NCBI GenBank assembly: GCA_002269645.1
Contig: NIVC01003758.1
Span: 34,872-78,403 of the forward strand
Source: Macrostomum lignano
Lineage: Eukaryota
Length of the DNA stretch: 43,532 bases
Direction: 5' to 3'
In this document: positions 9,665 through 18,700 of the stretch, in pieces
Layout: every line of letters starts with the position of its first letter
Numbering within the stretch: the first letter of the stretch is position 1
The notes under the pieces: model-generated
The model's input: only the letters and a program-made list of their open reading frames with translations
Databases searched by the model: none
Told to the model about the DNA's origin: nothing
Made by a program: the position numbers and the translations under genes

Positions 9665-10369
9665 ATGGAGACAAAGCCGCCTATCTACGATTTGCGCCTC
9701 GCGCCTGATTCAACCATCATCGTGGCGGGGCCTTCGATATCTGGGAAGACAGAATGGGTTTTGCGTCTAATCAAAGAAAGAGTAGCCATGTTTAAGAAAC
9801 CACCACAACGGCTAGTCTGGTGTCACGGGACCGATCTTCATGACCAGGAACGCGGGAAAATTCGGGCTTGTTGGGGCAACTCCGAAGGAATACATTTTAT
9901 TCGGGGTTTTACGGGCGCATTGTTAGGGAGCTTACGATCGGGAGATCTTTTGGTTGTTGACGATCTGCAAAGTGAGATTGCTAAATCCGCCGACTTCACA
10001 GCTGTCTTCACCAAACACGCCCACCATTTCCCATTAAACTGCATATACCTATGCCAGAATCTGTTCAGCCGTTCAGACGCGGAGGCACGAACAAGAAGCT
10101 TATCTACAAGCTACATCTGTTTAACCCGCTCGGTACGAGATCGAACCGCAGTTTTGAATCTTGGGAAACAGATGTATCCAAAAAAAAGTAACTATCTCGT
10201 CCAAGTCTACGAAGACGCAACCGATGGAAAACCGTACTCATATCTACTTATCGACTTGCGTCAGGATACGCCAGATTTCTTGCGACTTCGAACAGGCGTG
10301 TTTGCGGGAGAGCTGATGATAGCCTATGGTGGGCCTGGCAACAGAGAACTAAAGGCGCCTGGATTATAA
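9665..10369 (+). CDS. A32/FtsK-like genome packaging ATPase
   Basis: Walker A GPSISGKT, Walker B LLVVDD, HH..N.IYLCQNLF motif. Confidence 0.92.
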   Translation: METKPPIYDLRLAPDSTIIVAGPSISGKTEWVLRLIKERVAMFKKPPQRLVWCHGTDLHDQERGKIRACWGNSEGIHFIRGFTGALLGSLRSGDLLVVDDLQSEIAKSADFTAVFTKHAHHFPLNCIYLCQNLFSRSDAEARTRSLSTSYICLTRSVRDRTAVLNLGKQMYPKKSNYLVQVYEDATDGKPYSYLLIDLRQDTPDFLRLRTGVFAGELMIAYGGPGNRELKAPGL

Positions 10370-10373
10370 GCAA
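10365..10373 (+). promoter_or_regulatory. TATAAGCAA motif upstream of penton, overlapping ATPase stop
   Basis: Hexamer ends 49 nt before ATG 10419. Confidence 0.65.
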
Positions 10374-10418
10374 GCCATGTTGTTTCAAGACTGAACCATC
10401 GCCACCAAGGAAACAAAC

Positions 10419-11429
10419 ATGAGCTTCTACGTTTTTCTTCCTTCAAACGACAAAAGCTACCCATCCAACACTCCAAACGAGTTTCGTGTGCGATTGAAAA
10501 ATCCTCTGAACCTTATCGGACGTTATGGGACCGCGAACGCGTACGAGGTCGCTTTAGTCGAGCTTTTGTGCAGAGGTGCTATAGGAAACATTGGTTATGC
10601 TGCCTCCGATAGGTCAGGGTTATTGCCCTATTCGGTTGATATTAGTCCACATCTTTCAGTGAAGCAGGCTGCTTTGACAAAAATTTGGCAGGGAGGCGAC
10701 CTGGAAGCCTATCTGCTTTGTCGCCCGGAAGAGCGGCAGTACCTGTGGTATCTCCGAAACGGTGGCGCGAGTCAATTAGCAATCCGTTTACCTTCACATT
10801 TCATGCGTGTCTATGGCTTCGATCAGTGGAAAATAGTGCGTGGGAAGGATAGTGATTTCCATAGCATTGAATCTCTTACTCGGAGTCCACTCATCGGTGA
10901 GGAAGGAAGCTATAAAAGCTATTACGAGAGAGCGAAAAGCTCAACTGAATACATAACCGATCCTGATTTCGATTTCCGTCTGAGACCAAGCGAAGCTTTA
11001 GCTCTAATTGGTAGTACAGAGGTGATAATGGGACAGGCGCCTGGGAAGAGCGAGGGGGACCGAGCGCTAGATAAGTATTGGCAGAAGAACAAGGCCTGGA
11101 TGATTAGAGCCATAGCGCTAACATCGCCCAGCGAAAAAATCGTTCGGGGAAAGACTGTCTACATGCACTGCTACACTGACATAATTGAATACCAAGCGGT
11201 TGGCAGTCACCTTGTGCCCCTTCTGCGGATTATGGCGTTGCACCCTCAAACAGGGGGCCAACTTCAGCCCCAAGACGGTATGATCACAAATCCCTACTAT
11301 TTGCCAACGAATCGGCAAAATATCGACGAAATCACCATTCGGTTAGGTGACGAACAGGGAAATCCTCTCACTTTCCAGCCGGATGCACATTGCGTAGTGG
11401 TGCTGCATTTCCGCCAAAAAACCGACTAA
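10419..11429 (+). CDS. Minor capsid protein (penton, single jelly roll)
   Basis: N-terminal FYVFLPSN...NEFRVRL..PL...YEVALVEL and C-terminal YTDIIEYQ.VG...PLLR...PYY.P.....IDEITIRL.DEQG.PL.F...VVLHFRQ, typical of Maverick pentons. Confidence 0.88.
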   Translation: MSFYVFLPSNDKSYPSNTPNEFRVRLKNPLNLIGRYGTANAYEVALVELLCRGAIGNIGYAASDRSGLLPYSVDISPHLSVKQAALTKIWQGGDLEAYLLCRPEERQYLWYLRNGGASQLAIRLPSHFMRVYGFDQWKIVRGKDSDFHSIESLTRSPLIGEEGSYKSYYERAKSSTEYITDPDFDFRLRPSEALALIGSTEVIMGQAPGKSEGDRALDKYWQKNKAWMIRAIALTSPSEKIVRGKTVYMHCYTDIIEYQAVGSHLVPLLRIMALHPQTGGQLQPQDGMITNPYYLPTNRQNIDEITIRLGDEQGNPLTFQPDAHCVVVLHFRQKTD

Positions 11430-11432
11430 ATT

Positions 11433-11441
11433 TATAAGCAA
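11433..11441 (+). promoter_or_regulatory. TATAAGCAA motif upstream of pX-like gene pair
   Basis: Hexamer ends 43 nt before ATG 11481. Confidence 0.65.
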
Positions 11442-11480
11442 ACAAGCACATCATTAAATATAGAGTGAGGAGAGTAGGAT

Positions 11481-11933
11481 ATGGCCGCACGACGATTAAC
11501 GCAAAAAGCGAGAAAGAGTGCATCTTCGATCACAAACTGCGCGGAAATTCTGCACATTGTTGCTCGACTGCGTGATAGAAAAACCAGACGAGATTTCCTT
11601 AAGACTCTCAGTCTAGCAGAAGTGCGTTGTATAGTCGAGTTCTTGATCAATATCGTGCGGCAGCGAGTGCCACTCCGCCACGCGGACCGGAAAAAATTAG
11701 AAAAACATTGTCGACCTATTCAGAAGCTCATTTCGGGTGGTCATTCTCTGACTGAGAAAAAAAGAATCATTGTACAACACGGAGGTTTTCTGCCTTTCCT
11801 CGCGCCGATTGTGGCCGCAGTAACGGCAGCATTACCATCCGTCACCACGGCTCTTGGAATCACCTCCGGCATTGCAGGTACAGCTGCGGGTACTGCTAGT
11901 CTCGTGCGCAGCATACAGAACAAACGAAACTGA
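11481..11933 (+). CDS. Basic core protein with adenovirus pX-like C-terminus (QHGG|FLPFLAPIV)
   Basis: K/R-rich N-terminus, then GG followed by a hydrophobic peptide resembling adenovirus pX RGG|ILPLLIPLIAAAIG. Confidence 0.7.
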   Translation: MAARRLTQKARKSASSITNCAEILHIVARLRDRKTRRDFLKTLSLAEVRCIVEFLINIVRQRVPLRHADRKKLEKHCRPIQKLISGGHSLTEKKRIIVQHGGFLPFLAPIVAAVTAALPSVTTALGITSGIAGTAAGTASLVRSIQNKRN

Positions 11934-11937
11934 AAAT

Positions 11938-12644
11938 ATGGGAACTCGCTCACACGAGGCACTGCAAAAGATGGTTGTTATTCCCATCTCAGAATATTCG
12001 CAGCTGGTCGCGCAAAACAAGTGCGCTGACGAACGAGCAAAGGTTTTGGAGATGCCAAATGACACGATGGGACAAGAACTCGTGCGGATGAAACAGAAAA
12101 TCGATGGGTTAGACGAGATTATTGCTACGGATCAATCTACCCCGAATTCGCCTGCTCGTCTGGCAAGAAACAGAATGGAAAGCAAGCTCCTACAAACACG
12201 CGAGCAGTTTTTGAAGCCAGATGATAACCCTCAAGCGAGTGAAGAGCCGTTAGTCAATAGCGCGGAGGAAGAGAGCGAAACAACACGCATTCCAAAAGCA
12301 CTTCAGGCACGTTGGCGACGTCTTAAAACTTTCATCGAAAATGAGAAAGCAAATCTAGCGGCAAACGGCACCGAACTAACCGAAACGGAGATGCGCGATC
12401 TGATGGACTACGTAGTTCGCGACAAACCCCTGAAGAGGCATGGGGGCGCCTGCCAGGCGGGTTGGAAAACTTTTTAAGTTACCTGCGTCAACGAAAAGCG
12501 GATCCTCAGCTTGTCGGAAAACAATTTCGAACGGAATTGTCAGCTGCAGCAGAGAAAGAGCTACCACCCGCCTTCACCGAGGAAAAAGAAACACGGGACG
12601 AAGAAATGGATTTCCTAGAAAATTACGAGACACTGACAAGCTAA
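11938..12644 (+). CDS. Conserved-type Maverick protein of unknown function; frameshift in T run 12471-12475
   Basis: ATG 4 nt after the pX stop; KMVVIP..EY..L N-terminus. Adding one T joins GWKTF to LSYLRQRKADPQLVG. Confidence 0.65.
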
Positions 12645-12669
12645 GTTTGTAGTTAAATATTGTAGCAGC

Positions 12670-12675
12670 TATAAG
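12670..12675 (+). promoter_or_regulatory. TATAAG motif upstream of 99-aa ORF/integrase
   Basis: Hexamer ends 48 nt before ATG 12723. Confidence 0.55.
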
Positions 12676-12722
12676 CTAACTGGTCGGACGCATCGCGGAT
12701 TGAGTATCAACACACTCTGATA

Positions 12723-13022
12723 ATGGAACTACGCGAAATTTTACGCTTTGTTTTTCATTTGGTTGTGAGACTTTTGCAAGGCTGCTTAGGCGGGGCGCTC
12801 CACCATAACGAGGACACTCCCGACGCGGGCGATATCACCATACAGAACATTAGGTGCTGCATGACGGTGACGCGCTCTGCATCAACTGATAACTTGCCAC
12901 AGAGCAGCGGTGCGGGAGGAATCACCGATACAAAAACCGATGGCAGCGAAAAAGAGACCTCCGATGCGAAAGGCGAAACACCAGAGCCGGCAGCTGTCCG
13001 AAAACGCAAAAGAACGGACTAG
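12723..13022 (+). CDS. Small protein, hydrophobic N-terminus, basic C-terminus (KRKR)
   Basis: 99-aa ORF preceded by the shared TATAAG at the usual spacing; overlaps the integrase start. Confidence 0.5.
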   Translation: MELREILRFVFHLVVRLLQGCLGGALHHNEDTPDAGDITIQNIRCCMTVTRSASTDNLPQSSGAGGITDTKTDGSEKETSDAKGETPEPAAVRKRKRTD

Positions 13023-14178
13023 TTTGAACAACTCGCTAGACGTCAAGAACTTCTTAGACAGACAATTTTACGATTTGGACCGCCCTACTGCTTTTGCGGG
13101 AAGTAAGCAACAGCTATTAAGACATGTTAAAACCCAGTTTCCGTCACTAGAATCAAAACGAGCGGCAGAAATCGTTGACGAATGGGCCCGGGATACCAAA
13201 GAATATAACCTGTTTCGCAAAACTAAACGAATATTCAAAACCCGCAGAATTGGTGTACCACATATCCCTGGTTTTCAATTCCAAATCGACCTGGCTGATC
13301 TCCCTCAATACAAGTCAGAAAACAAGGGATACCGCTACATCCTCGTTTTGATCGATTGTTTCACTCGCGAAGTACGTCTGCGACCTCTACGAACAAAAAC
13401 TGCTAAAGAGGTGGGCGCCGCACTTGAAAATCTGTTTCGTGAAGGCTTCCGACCTCTCTATCTTCAGGGTGACGCGGGAAAGGAGTTCCTAGGGCGTGAA
13501 ACTCAAGCTGTACTAAAACGGGCGGGTGTACGCTTTTTTGTTAGCCAAAGCAATTACAAGGCTGCGATCGCTGAAAGGTTAATCCGTACTCTGAACGAGC
13601 GGCTCAGCCGTTATTTTCGGGCTCGAAACCTAGAACGCTGGTATGACATTCTACCCCAAATGGAACGAAATTTGAACTCAAGCCCTCACCGGGCGCTGTT
13701 TGGTCAGAGTCCTCACAACACGGCGGTGGATCCGCGTCTACAAGGAATCATCGGGTCTGAGATTATAGAGCATGAAGCCTCGCAGCAGCCTCTATCAACA
13801 CTAAAGGTAGGAGACTGGGTAAGAATCGCACGACATCGGGGTGCCTTCGAGAAGGGCTATTCGACAGTGTGGAGCAACACCGTGTTTCGGATCCGTGCTA
13901 CGAATCCTCGCCGAGCAGCGTCGTATAAACTAGAGAATCCGGAAGACGGAAATAGCACACTAGAGGGTTACTTCAATGAGGGAGAACTACAGCGTGTAGC
14001 AAAAGAAAATACGGAGCCGTCAGTCATCGAGCGTGTAGACGCTTACGAACAAGACTCAGACGGTCAGCGGCGGTATTTAGTGAAATGGCAAGGAGTTGAG
14101 GCCTTTAGGAATCAGTGGTTGAAAGAAGGCGAGTTGGATGAGCGAACTCGACGGCTTTTTCGGCGCGTTTATAAGTAA
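12940..14178 (+). CDS. Retroviral-like DDE integrase (c-integrase) with C-terminal chromodomain
   Basis: FQIDLADL, ILVLIDCFTR, LQGDAGKEF, AIAERLIRTL; chromodomain RRYLVKWQG...NQWLKE. Confidence 0.95.
   Translation: MAAKKRPPMRKAKHQSRQLSENAKERTSLNNSLDVKNFLDRQFYDLDRPTAFAGSKQQLLRHVKTQFPSLESKRAAEIVDEWARDTKEYNLFRKTKRIFKTRRIGVPHIPGFQFQIDLADLPQYKSENKGYRYILVLIDCFTREVRLRPLRTKTAKEVGAALENLFREGFRPLYLQGDAGKEFLGRETQAVLKRAGVRFFVSQSNYKAAIAERLIRTLNERLSRYFRARNLERWYDILPQMERNLNSSPHRALFGQSPHNTAVDPRLQGIIGSEIIEHEASQQPLSTLKVGDWVRIARHRGAFEKGYSTVWSNTVFRIRATNPRRAASYKLENPEDGNSTLEGYFNEGELQRVAKENTEPSVIERVDAYEQDSDGQRRYLVKWQGVEAFRNQWLKEGELDERTRRLFRRVYK
14170..14178 (+). promoter_or_regulatory. TATAAGTAA motif upstream of core gene, overlapping integrase stop
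   Basis: Hexamer ends 41 nt before ATG 14216. Confidence 0.65.
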
Positions 14179-14215
14179 ACTGTGAAATTGGAACATAATA
14201 ACAATTAAAAATTTG

Positions 14216-14677
14216 ATGGATCCAATATACCGATTCTATTCTGGACCCACTCAAAGCGGGGGAGGATCCTCCGCCCGAGCGATTCCGATCTACGAAGGCT
14301 ATGGGTTCCTTTCCAACCTCTCTAATCGAGTGTTGATCCCGGTTATGCGGAGTGCGGGAAAGGATCTTTTGGCACGGGGCTTGGAATACCTATCAGGCAC
14401 TAGCAACGAGACAACAAACGTTAATCGCAAACGAAAGCACACGGGAAGCGGTTACAAGATGTCGAGCGCAGCTGTTCCCACAAAACGCAGCCGAAAAAAA
14501 CGTCCTCGGAAAACTATAAGCAAACGGGGTAAGAAAGCTCGCACTCGTGGAAAACCGGCAAAAACCCAGCGAGGAAAGGGTCTAACCAAGAAGAAGCGAC
14601 GAAGGGTGAAGAAAAAGCGGAATCGCAAGGCCGTTGCTGCTAAATCGCTGTTTAGTCTCCTGGAAAACCGAAAATGA
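14216..14677 (+). CDS. Highly basic core/DNA-condensing protein (pVII-like)
   Basis: SGG, GYG|FL and GSG candidate cleavage motifs; K/R-rich C-terminal half; ATGA overlap with MCP. Confidence 0.7.
   Translation: MDPIYRFYSGPTQSGGGSSARAIPIYEGYGFLSNLSNRVLIPVMRSAGKDLLARGLEYLSGTSNETTNVNRKRKHTGSGYKMSSAAVPTKRSRKKRPRKTISKRGKKARTRGKPAKTQRGKGLTKKKRRRVKKKRNRKAVAAKSLFSLLENRK
14515..14523 (+). promoter_or_regulatory. TATAAGCAA motif embedded in core ORF, upstream of MCP
   Basis: Exact 9-mer match; hexamer ends 154 nt before MCP ATG 14674. Confidence 0.45.
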
Positions 14678-16005
14678 ACCAGTTGCTTGGCCCTGACAGT
14701 GTAGTACTAAAAAGCGAATTGGCCCTTTTTGATGCAGCCGCTGTACAGTACAGTGTAGTGGACAGCCAGTATACCCACATTCAGCCGCAACACGGACTCT
14801 CAAAAGGTGCCCCAATCGAGTTCGAAGTCGTCTCCGCAGGGGATGCACTCTACCTGGATCTACAAGAGACGATTCTAAATCTGGCCATACGTGTACGAGA
14901 CTCGGACGGAGTAACCGCTGATGCGACGAAGAACAACGTAGCGCTGACTAATTTGCCTATCGCGAGCCTGTTCCGCGATGTACAACTAACTATTGGAGAC
15001 ACTGTAGTCGAAGGCGGAACCTTCATGTACCCCTACAAAGCCATGCTACTGACGCTTTTAGAATATGGTTCGGATGCTCAAACCTGTGGTCTAACGCCCT
15101 GGGGTTTCTACAAAGACACAGCTGGACAAATGCATTCAGCCGGCGACGCGAACGTTGGCGCTAAACGCCGACGCGCATTGATAGCAGGGGGTCGAGAGTG
15201 TCGCTTATCGGGGCCCTTGTTCTTGGACATGTGCCGCCAGCCGCGGTTTCTGTTGTCTAAAACTCCTGTACAAATAAAATTGATTCCGTCTTCCGCTGCC
15301 TTCGCCCTCATGGTCGGTGCGATAGGTGAAAACCCGCTAAAGAGCTACGAGATAGAGGTGCTAAAGGCCGAGCTCCGTGTACGCTACGTATCCCCCTCGC
15401 CGAGTGTACTCGCTGCGCACGCTGCGGGGTTGAAACAGCACAATGCCATCTATCCAATAAATCAGCTACAGATGAGCACGTTTACTGTTACGAGTGGTAC
15501 GTCTAGCTACACGCGTGAAAATCTCTTCCCAAGCGGCGTTCCGAAACTTCTACTTCTGGCCTTTGTGAGCAACAAAGCGTTCAATGGAAGTGTGGACACA
15601 AACCCGTTTAGATTCGAACATGCCAACCTGAGCAGTTTGGGGGTGTTTGTCAATGGGGAGCCGGTGCCAACAAGACCCCTCGAAACCGACTACAGCGATA
15701 GTGGGGACTGCGTTTTGGAGTACGGGTGGTTTTTGCAACAGCTGGGGTTGCATCTGCGTAACCGCGACTTGGGGTTCACGATGGCAGAGTACAAAGCCGG
15801 CTACACTATCTACGCCTTCGGTCTGGGTAGTGAGGTGGGTGTCGGAGCTGGCGCACAGGTATATAAAGAGGGCAATGTACGATTGGAACTACGCTTCGCG
15901 ACTGCCACGGACAAAGTCTACAACGTCATCGTGGGCGGACTATTCGACAAGCAGCTGCATTTGACGGAGTTCCGCGCCGTGGTACCTGGATCTGTATGGA
16001 AGTAG
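14674..16005 (+). CDS. Major capsid protein (double jelly roll, hexon-like)
   Basis: KSELALF, YLDLQET.L, PIASLF, YPYKAML..LL.Y, YKDTAG, LSGPL..D...Q..FL, NPFRF, GYTIYAF and GNVRLELRF motifs of the Maverick MCP; intact 443 aa. Confidence 0.93.
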   Translation: MNQLLGPDSVVLKSELALFDAAAVQYSVVDSQYTHIQPQHGLSKGAPIEFEVVSAGDALYLDLQETILNLAIRVRDSDGVTADATKNNVALTNLPIASLFRDVQLTIGDTVVEGGTFMYPYKAMLLTLLEYGSDAQTCGLTPWGFYKDTAGQMHSAGDANVGAKRRRALIAGGRECRLSGPLFLDMCRQPRFLLSKTPVQIKLIPSSAAFALMVGAIGENPLKSYEIEVLKAELRVRYVSPSPSVLAAHAAGLKQHNAIYPINQLQMSTFTVTSGTSSYTRENLFPSGVPKLLLLAFVSNKAFNGSVDTNPFRFEHANLSSLGVFVNGEPVPTRPLETDYSDSGDCVLEYGWFLQQLGLHLRNRDLGFTMAEYKAGYTIYAFGLGSEVGVGAGAQVYKEGNVRLELRFATATDKVYNVIVGGLFDKQLHLTEFRAVVPGSVWK

Positions 16006-16589
16006 ATAACACTACTATTCTATCTGGCGTAACTAATGTGTTTTTGCGCTCGGTCTGCCTAAAATTATTGCGTATTTATCCTGATGCAGTTTTTATGGGA
16101 GTTTACCCAAGCAATTCTCTACCAACGATCCCTACTCTAAACACGAGTCCGTACTTTCAAGACACGCGTAACTATTTTTTCATCGTAAACACGGACCCTA
16201 GCAATTTGCCCGGAAAACACTGGGTTGCTGTCTGGGTCTGTGCAGGCCCTATTGGCGCTGTTAGACGAGCTAGGATAGGTGAATACTTTGATCCGCTAGG
16301 TTTGCACCCGCTGCCTGAAATCTCCCAGTGGATGAGCCGAAATTTTGGAGATCCAAAAAACTGGCGTTACACGCGCTATGCGGTGCAGGATCCCCGTACC
16401 GCCCACTGTGGAGCCTGGATTCTGTTCTATCTGTTTTTTAAACTTGCTAGTGGAAAGGATCTAAATTCGTTCATCCACTGGGTGATGCGACAACATGGTC
16501 GGGCTCGCAGCAGCCCTTTCTCGCGCGCGTTTTCCTCTCTGAGCTTTTTTCTCAAGCATGTTCTTCAACCCCTACTGCGCCGCCGGTAA
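15996..16589 (+). CDS. Adenain/Ulp1-like (clan CE) cysteine maturation protease
   Basis: IVNTD...PGKHWVAV (His), EYFDPLG (Asp), VQ....HCGAWIL (Gln, Cys). Confidence 0.93.
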   Translation: MEVDNTTILSGVTNVFLRSVCLKLLRIYPDAVFMGVYPSNSLPTIPTLNTSPYFQDTRNYFFIVNTDPSNLPGKHWVAVWVCAGPIGAVRRARIGEYFDPLGLHPLPEISQWMSRNFGDPKNWRYTRYAVQDPRTAHCGAWILFYLFFKLASGKDLNSFIHWVMRQHGRARSSPFSRAFSSLSFFLKHVLQPLLRRR

Positions 16590-16882
16590 AGAGCGAGCGT
16601 TTCACTGTTTTAATGCAAGCTTGACCAGATAGTTTATTATCCAGACAAAAAATATAAAAGCTTTCATCAACAAACGAACTAATTCACAAAAGCATTGTGG
16701 CAATAGAGCGATGCGTGTGTATGTGCCTTTTTTATTTGGCTGTGACACAAACGGTCGCAGCATTGAACGACCACGTATGTAGAAGAAAGAGTGATGCTAG
16801 AAAGATCATGACGGGGACGAGATTTGGTAACGCGCCTGTGCAGGATGGAAATTCATCGTCTATAACCTAGAACTTTGTATTA

Positions 16883-16996
16883 GTTTTGCTATGCAAAAAC
16901 AGGCTATGCACGTATCCCCATTGAACTAGTGCTTGGAACTTCCTATTGATTTCGCCATGTAAAAACGAGCTATGGGCGTAAAAAACGCTTACTACT
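16883..16996 (+). repeat. Right terminal region of element 1 with subterminal direct repeats
   Basis: GTTTTGCTATGCAAAAACAGGCTATG (~16883) and GATTTCGCCATGTAAAAACGAGCTATG (~16948), then ...CGCTTACTACT terminus. Confidence 0.65.
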
Positions 16997-17194
16997 AACA
17001 TATCTGCTGTGTTCCAAACGCCCCAAATGAAAAATACAAAATAAAGGATGCACTTTACAACGTTGTGTATTTCTCGATATAGAGTTGGTAATAAGGAATA
17101 TTTAGTAATAAAGATAAAAAACTGCTCTATTTCGTTCGAAGTATACAACTACTAAGACAAAAACGAAGTTCAAATCAGTGATGTTAGAGTGGCG

Positions 17195-17295
17195 CTGATA
17201 AAAAGCCAGAGAGAAGAGGGGGGACAAGAGAGGAGAGAGGAGGGCAGAAGAAGAGGCGAGAGGATAGAAAAGAGAGAGTGAGCTGAGAAGAGACA
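17195..17295. repeat. GA-rich low-complexity tract
   Basis: Almost purely A/G sequence. Confidence 0.8.
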
Positions 17296-17609
17296 CCAAC
17301 CATGAGCGGATGGGATTGCGCTATTGAGAAATTTCGTAGGACCTGAGGTCCGGATAGAGAGGCATCTCGAGCCCGCATGTAGCCGGAGATGCCAAGGCTC
17401 GAGGGGTATTGCTAAAATTTAATTCTATGACTCTTGGGAAGTTGAGAGAAGTTACAAGCTACATATAGTTTACAAAATATTATTATAATTTTTGTTTGCT
17501 CCCCAAAAGGGGCGCTGATTTCTAGTGTATTGCTAAAAATCGAAATGTATCTTACTTGTCACATGGAATGTTGCTATGCTCTAAAAGAAACATAGGTTAG
17601 ACCTCGAGC

Positions 17610-18147
17610 GTGGACACGAACCCGTTTAGATTCGAACATGCCAACCTGAGCAGTTTGTGGGTGTTTGTCAACGGGGAGCCGGTGCCTCTCGAAACCGACT
17701 ACAGCGATAGTGGGGACTGCGTTTTGGAGTATGTGTGGTTTTTTCAACAGCTGGGGTTGCATTTGCGTAACCGCGACCTGGGGTTCACGATGGCAGAGTA
17801 CAAAGCCGGCTACACTATCTACGCTTTCGGACTGGGTAGTGAGGTGGGTGTCGGAGCTGGCGCACACGTACGAGTATATAAAGTAAAGAGGCCAATGTAC
17901 AATTGGAACTATATGCTTCGCGACTGCTACAGACAAAGGGCCAGTTCTATAAAGCCATCGTAACATAAGATCGATCTTAGCTCCTATCTTCGCAGTGCAA
18001 AAGTTCCGAAGTGCGATCGAACTTGCGCTACGACAGCTCTATAGTACGACCCCAAAGTCTACAACGTGATCATGGGTGGGCCATTTGACAAGCAGCTGCA
18101 TCTGACGGAGTTCCTCAACGTTGGTACCTGGATCTGTATGGAAGTAG
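17610..18147 (+). pseudogene. MCP C-terminal fragment, frameshifted, MITE-interrupted
   Basis: DTNPFRFEHANLSSL...GYTIYAFGLGSEVGVGAGA, near-identical to 15592-16005. Confidence 0.9.
17938..18053. mobile_element. 116-bp MITE, Harbinger-like GGG...CCC ends, AAA target duplication
   Basis: Absent from the intact MCP (GACAAAGTC). 18-bp imperfect TIR (13/18) GGGCCAGTTCTATAAAGC; AAA at 17935-37 and 18054-56. Confidence 0.65.
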
Positions 18148-18700
18148 ACAATACTACAATTTTATCTGGCGTAACTAATATGTTTTTGCACTCGGCCTGC
18201 CTAAAACTATTGTGTATATTTATCCCGATGCAGTTTTTATGGGCTTTACCCAAGCAATTCACTGCCAACGGTCCCTTAGTCTAAACACGAGTCCGTACTT
18301 TCAAGACACGCGTAACTATTTCTTAATCGTAAACACGGACCCGAGCTATTAGTCTGGAAAACACTGGGTTGCTCTCTGGATCTGTGCAGGGCCTATTGGC
18401 GCTGTTAGACGAGCTAGGATAGGCGAATATTTTAATCCGTTAGATTTGCACCCGCAGCCTGAAATTTCCCAGTGGATGAGCCGAAATTGTGGAGATCCAA
18501 AGAACTGGCGTAACACACGCTATGCGGTTCGGTGGGATCCCCGCACCGCTCGCTGTGGAGCCTGGATCCTGCATGTTCTATCTGTTCTCTATCGTTCGAT
18601 TGTTCATCCACTGGGTGATGCGACGCCATGGTCGGGCTCGCAGCAGTCCTTTCTCGCGCGCGTTTTCCTCTCTGAGGCTTTTTTTCCAAGCATGTTCTTG
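18138..18700 (+). pseudogene. Protease pseudogene
   Basis: MEVDNTTILSGVTN..., GKHWVA and CGAWIL remnants with stops and indels relative to 15996-16589. Confidence 0.9.

Larger units (their letters stand above)
1..16996 (+). mobile_element. Maverick/Polinton (adintovirus-like) endogenous element 1, left end outside window
   Basis: Co-linear pPolB, PLA2, ATPase, penton, integrase, MCP and protease genes. Ends in ACTACT (16991-16996), the reverse complement of the AGTAGT Polinton terminus, where homology with the 22 kb degenerate copy stops. Confidence 0.95.
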
